Assembly (NCBI GenBank): GCA_964597945.1
Contig: CAZRAD010000002.1
Location: forward strand, 1-51,778
Origin: an uncultured bacterium
GTDB taxonomy: Bacteria; Joyebacterota; Joyebacteria; Joyebacterales; Joyebacteraceae
Direction of reading: 5' to 3'
Length of the DNA stretch: 51,778 bases
The position numbers and the translations under genes are program-made. Shown here piece by piece: positions 51,648 through 51,778 of this stretch (its first letter is position 1; the number at the start of each line of letters is the position of its first letter). The notes below the pieces were generated by a model. It saw only the letters and a list, made by a program, of their open reading frames with translations, was not told where the DNA came from and searched no databases.

Positions 51648-51685
51648 TTCGTCGGCCCTCATCCGGTTCCTCCTGAAGGAGGGGC

Positions 51686-51778
51686 ATGCACCGACGCGTC
51701 TACATAGCGCTCTTCACCGCTGTCTTCGCGGCAACGATGGGAGTCGGGTTCATCGGCCCGCTGCTTCCGCTCTATGCG
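51686..51778 (+). CDS. 5' end of a membrane transporter (MFS-like), truncated by the window edge
   Basis: ATG 51686 follows GAAGGAGGGG. The N-terminus MHRRVYIALFTAVFAATMGVGFIGPLLPLYA is hydrophobic and resembles MFS TM1. Only 31 codons are visible. Confidence 0.4.
   Translation, partial: MHRRVYIALFTAVFAATMGVGFIGPLLPLYA

Noticed and set aside
1-51778. Search for CRISPR arrays, rRNA/tRNA genes, transposases, integrases, phage genes, toxin-antitoxin or known defence systems
   Set aside because: I saw no regularly spaced direct repeats, no conserved RNA-gene motifs, and no DDE, tyrosine- or serine-recombinase, reverse-transcriptase or nuclease/ATPase defence signatures among the ORF translations.

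Overview
GC-rich 51.8-kb fragment (roughly mid-60s % by eye, not computed). It is most likely from an uncultured diderm bacterium, judging by a secretin, lipoboxes and many FlgD-like/T9SS-type C-terminal sorting domains (CTDs). I found no rRNA, tRNA, CRISPR array, transposase or integrase. There are four blocks.
(1) 364-7497 (+): a tightly packed operon of four secreted proteins of no recognisable family around an orphan lipoprotein secretin. No ATPase, pilin or platform gene is present. A GH5 mannanase-like enzyme with a CTD follows.
(2) 7698-30226 (+): an exact TTGACA-17-TATAAT promoter and a ~430-nt structured leader, then eight consecutive paralogous surface-protein genes (SP1-SP8, up to 1584 aa). 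Five combine variable N-terminal heads with a constant C-terminal cassette: Ig-like, FN3-like, dockerin-like, cohesin-like, CTD. The heads are a TolB-like propeller, beta-helices, lamin-tail domains, SWWCG jelly-rolls or FN3 arrays. Three small proteins are cohesin-only (SP5, SP7, SP8). This looks like an undescribed cohesin/dockerin-based surface assembly outside the Firmicutes and is my top candidate. SP1 carries an in-frame C10 tract that would truncate it on slippage.
(3) 32868-36378 (-): two tandem PKD+propeller lipoproteins and a YVTN-propeller protein with a CTD. These split block 4.
(4) 30484-32837 and 36693-51778 (+): a purine/hydantoin-type catabolic operon matching the E. coli ygeW-hyuA-yqeA-yqeB-mocA-ssnA-ygfM region. 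It holds HyuA-like, SsnA, MocA, XdhC, YqeB-like, FAD and 2Fe-2S subunits, two tandem carbamoyltransferases, carbamate kinase and adenine deaminase. It lacks a molybdopterin catalytic subunit in the window. It also contains unexpected inserts: a ThrC-like PLP enzyme, a PPC/DUF296 protein, a split transketolase and an aminotransferase.
All family calls rest on motifs read by eye and need HMM or structure confirmation.
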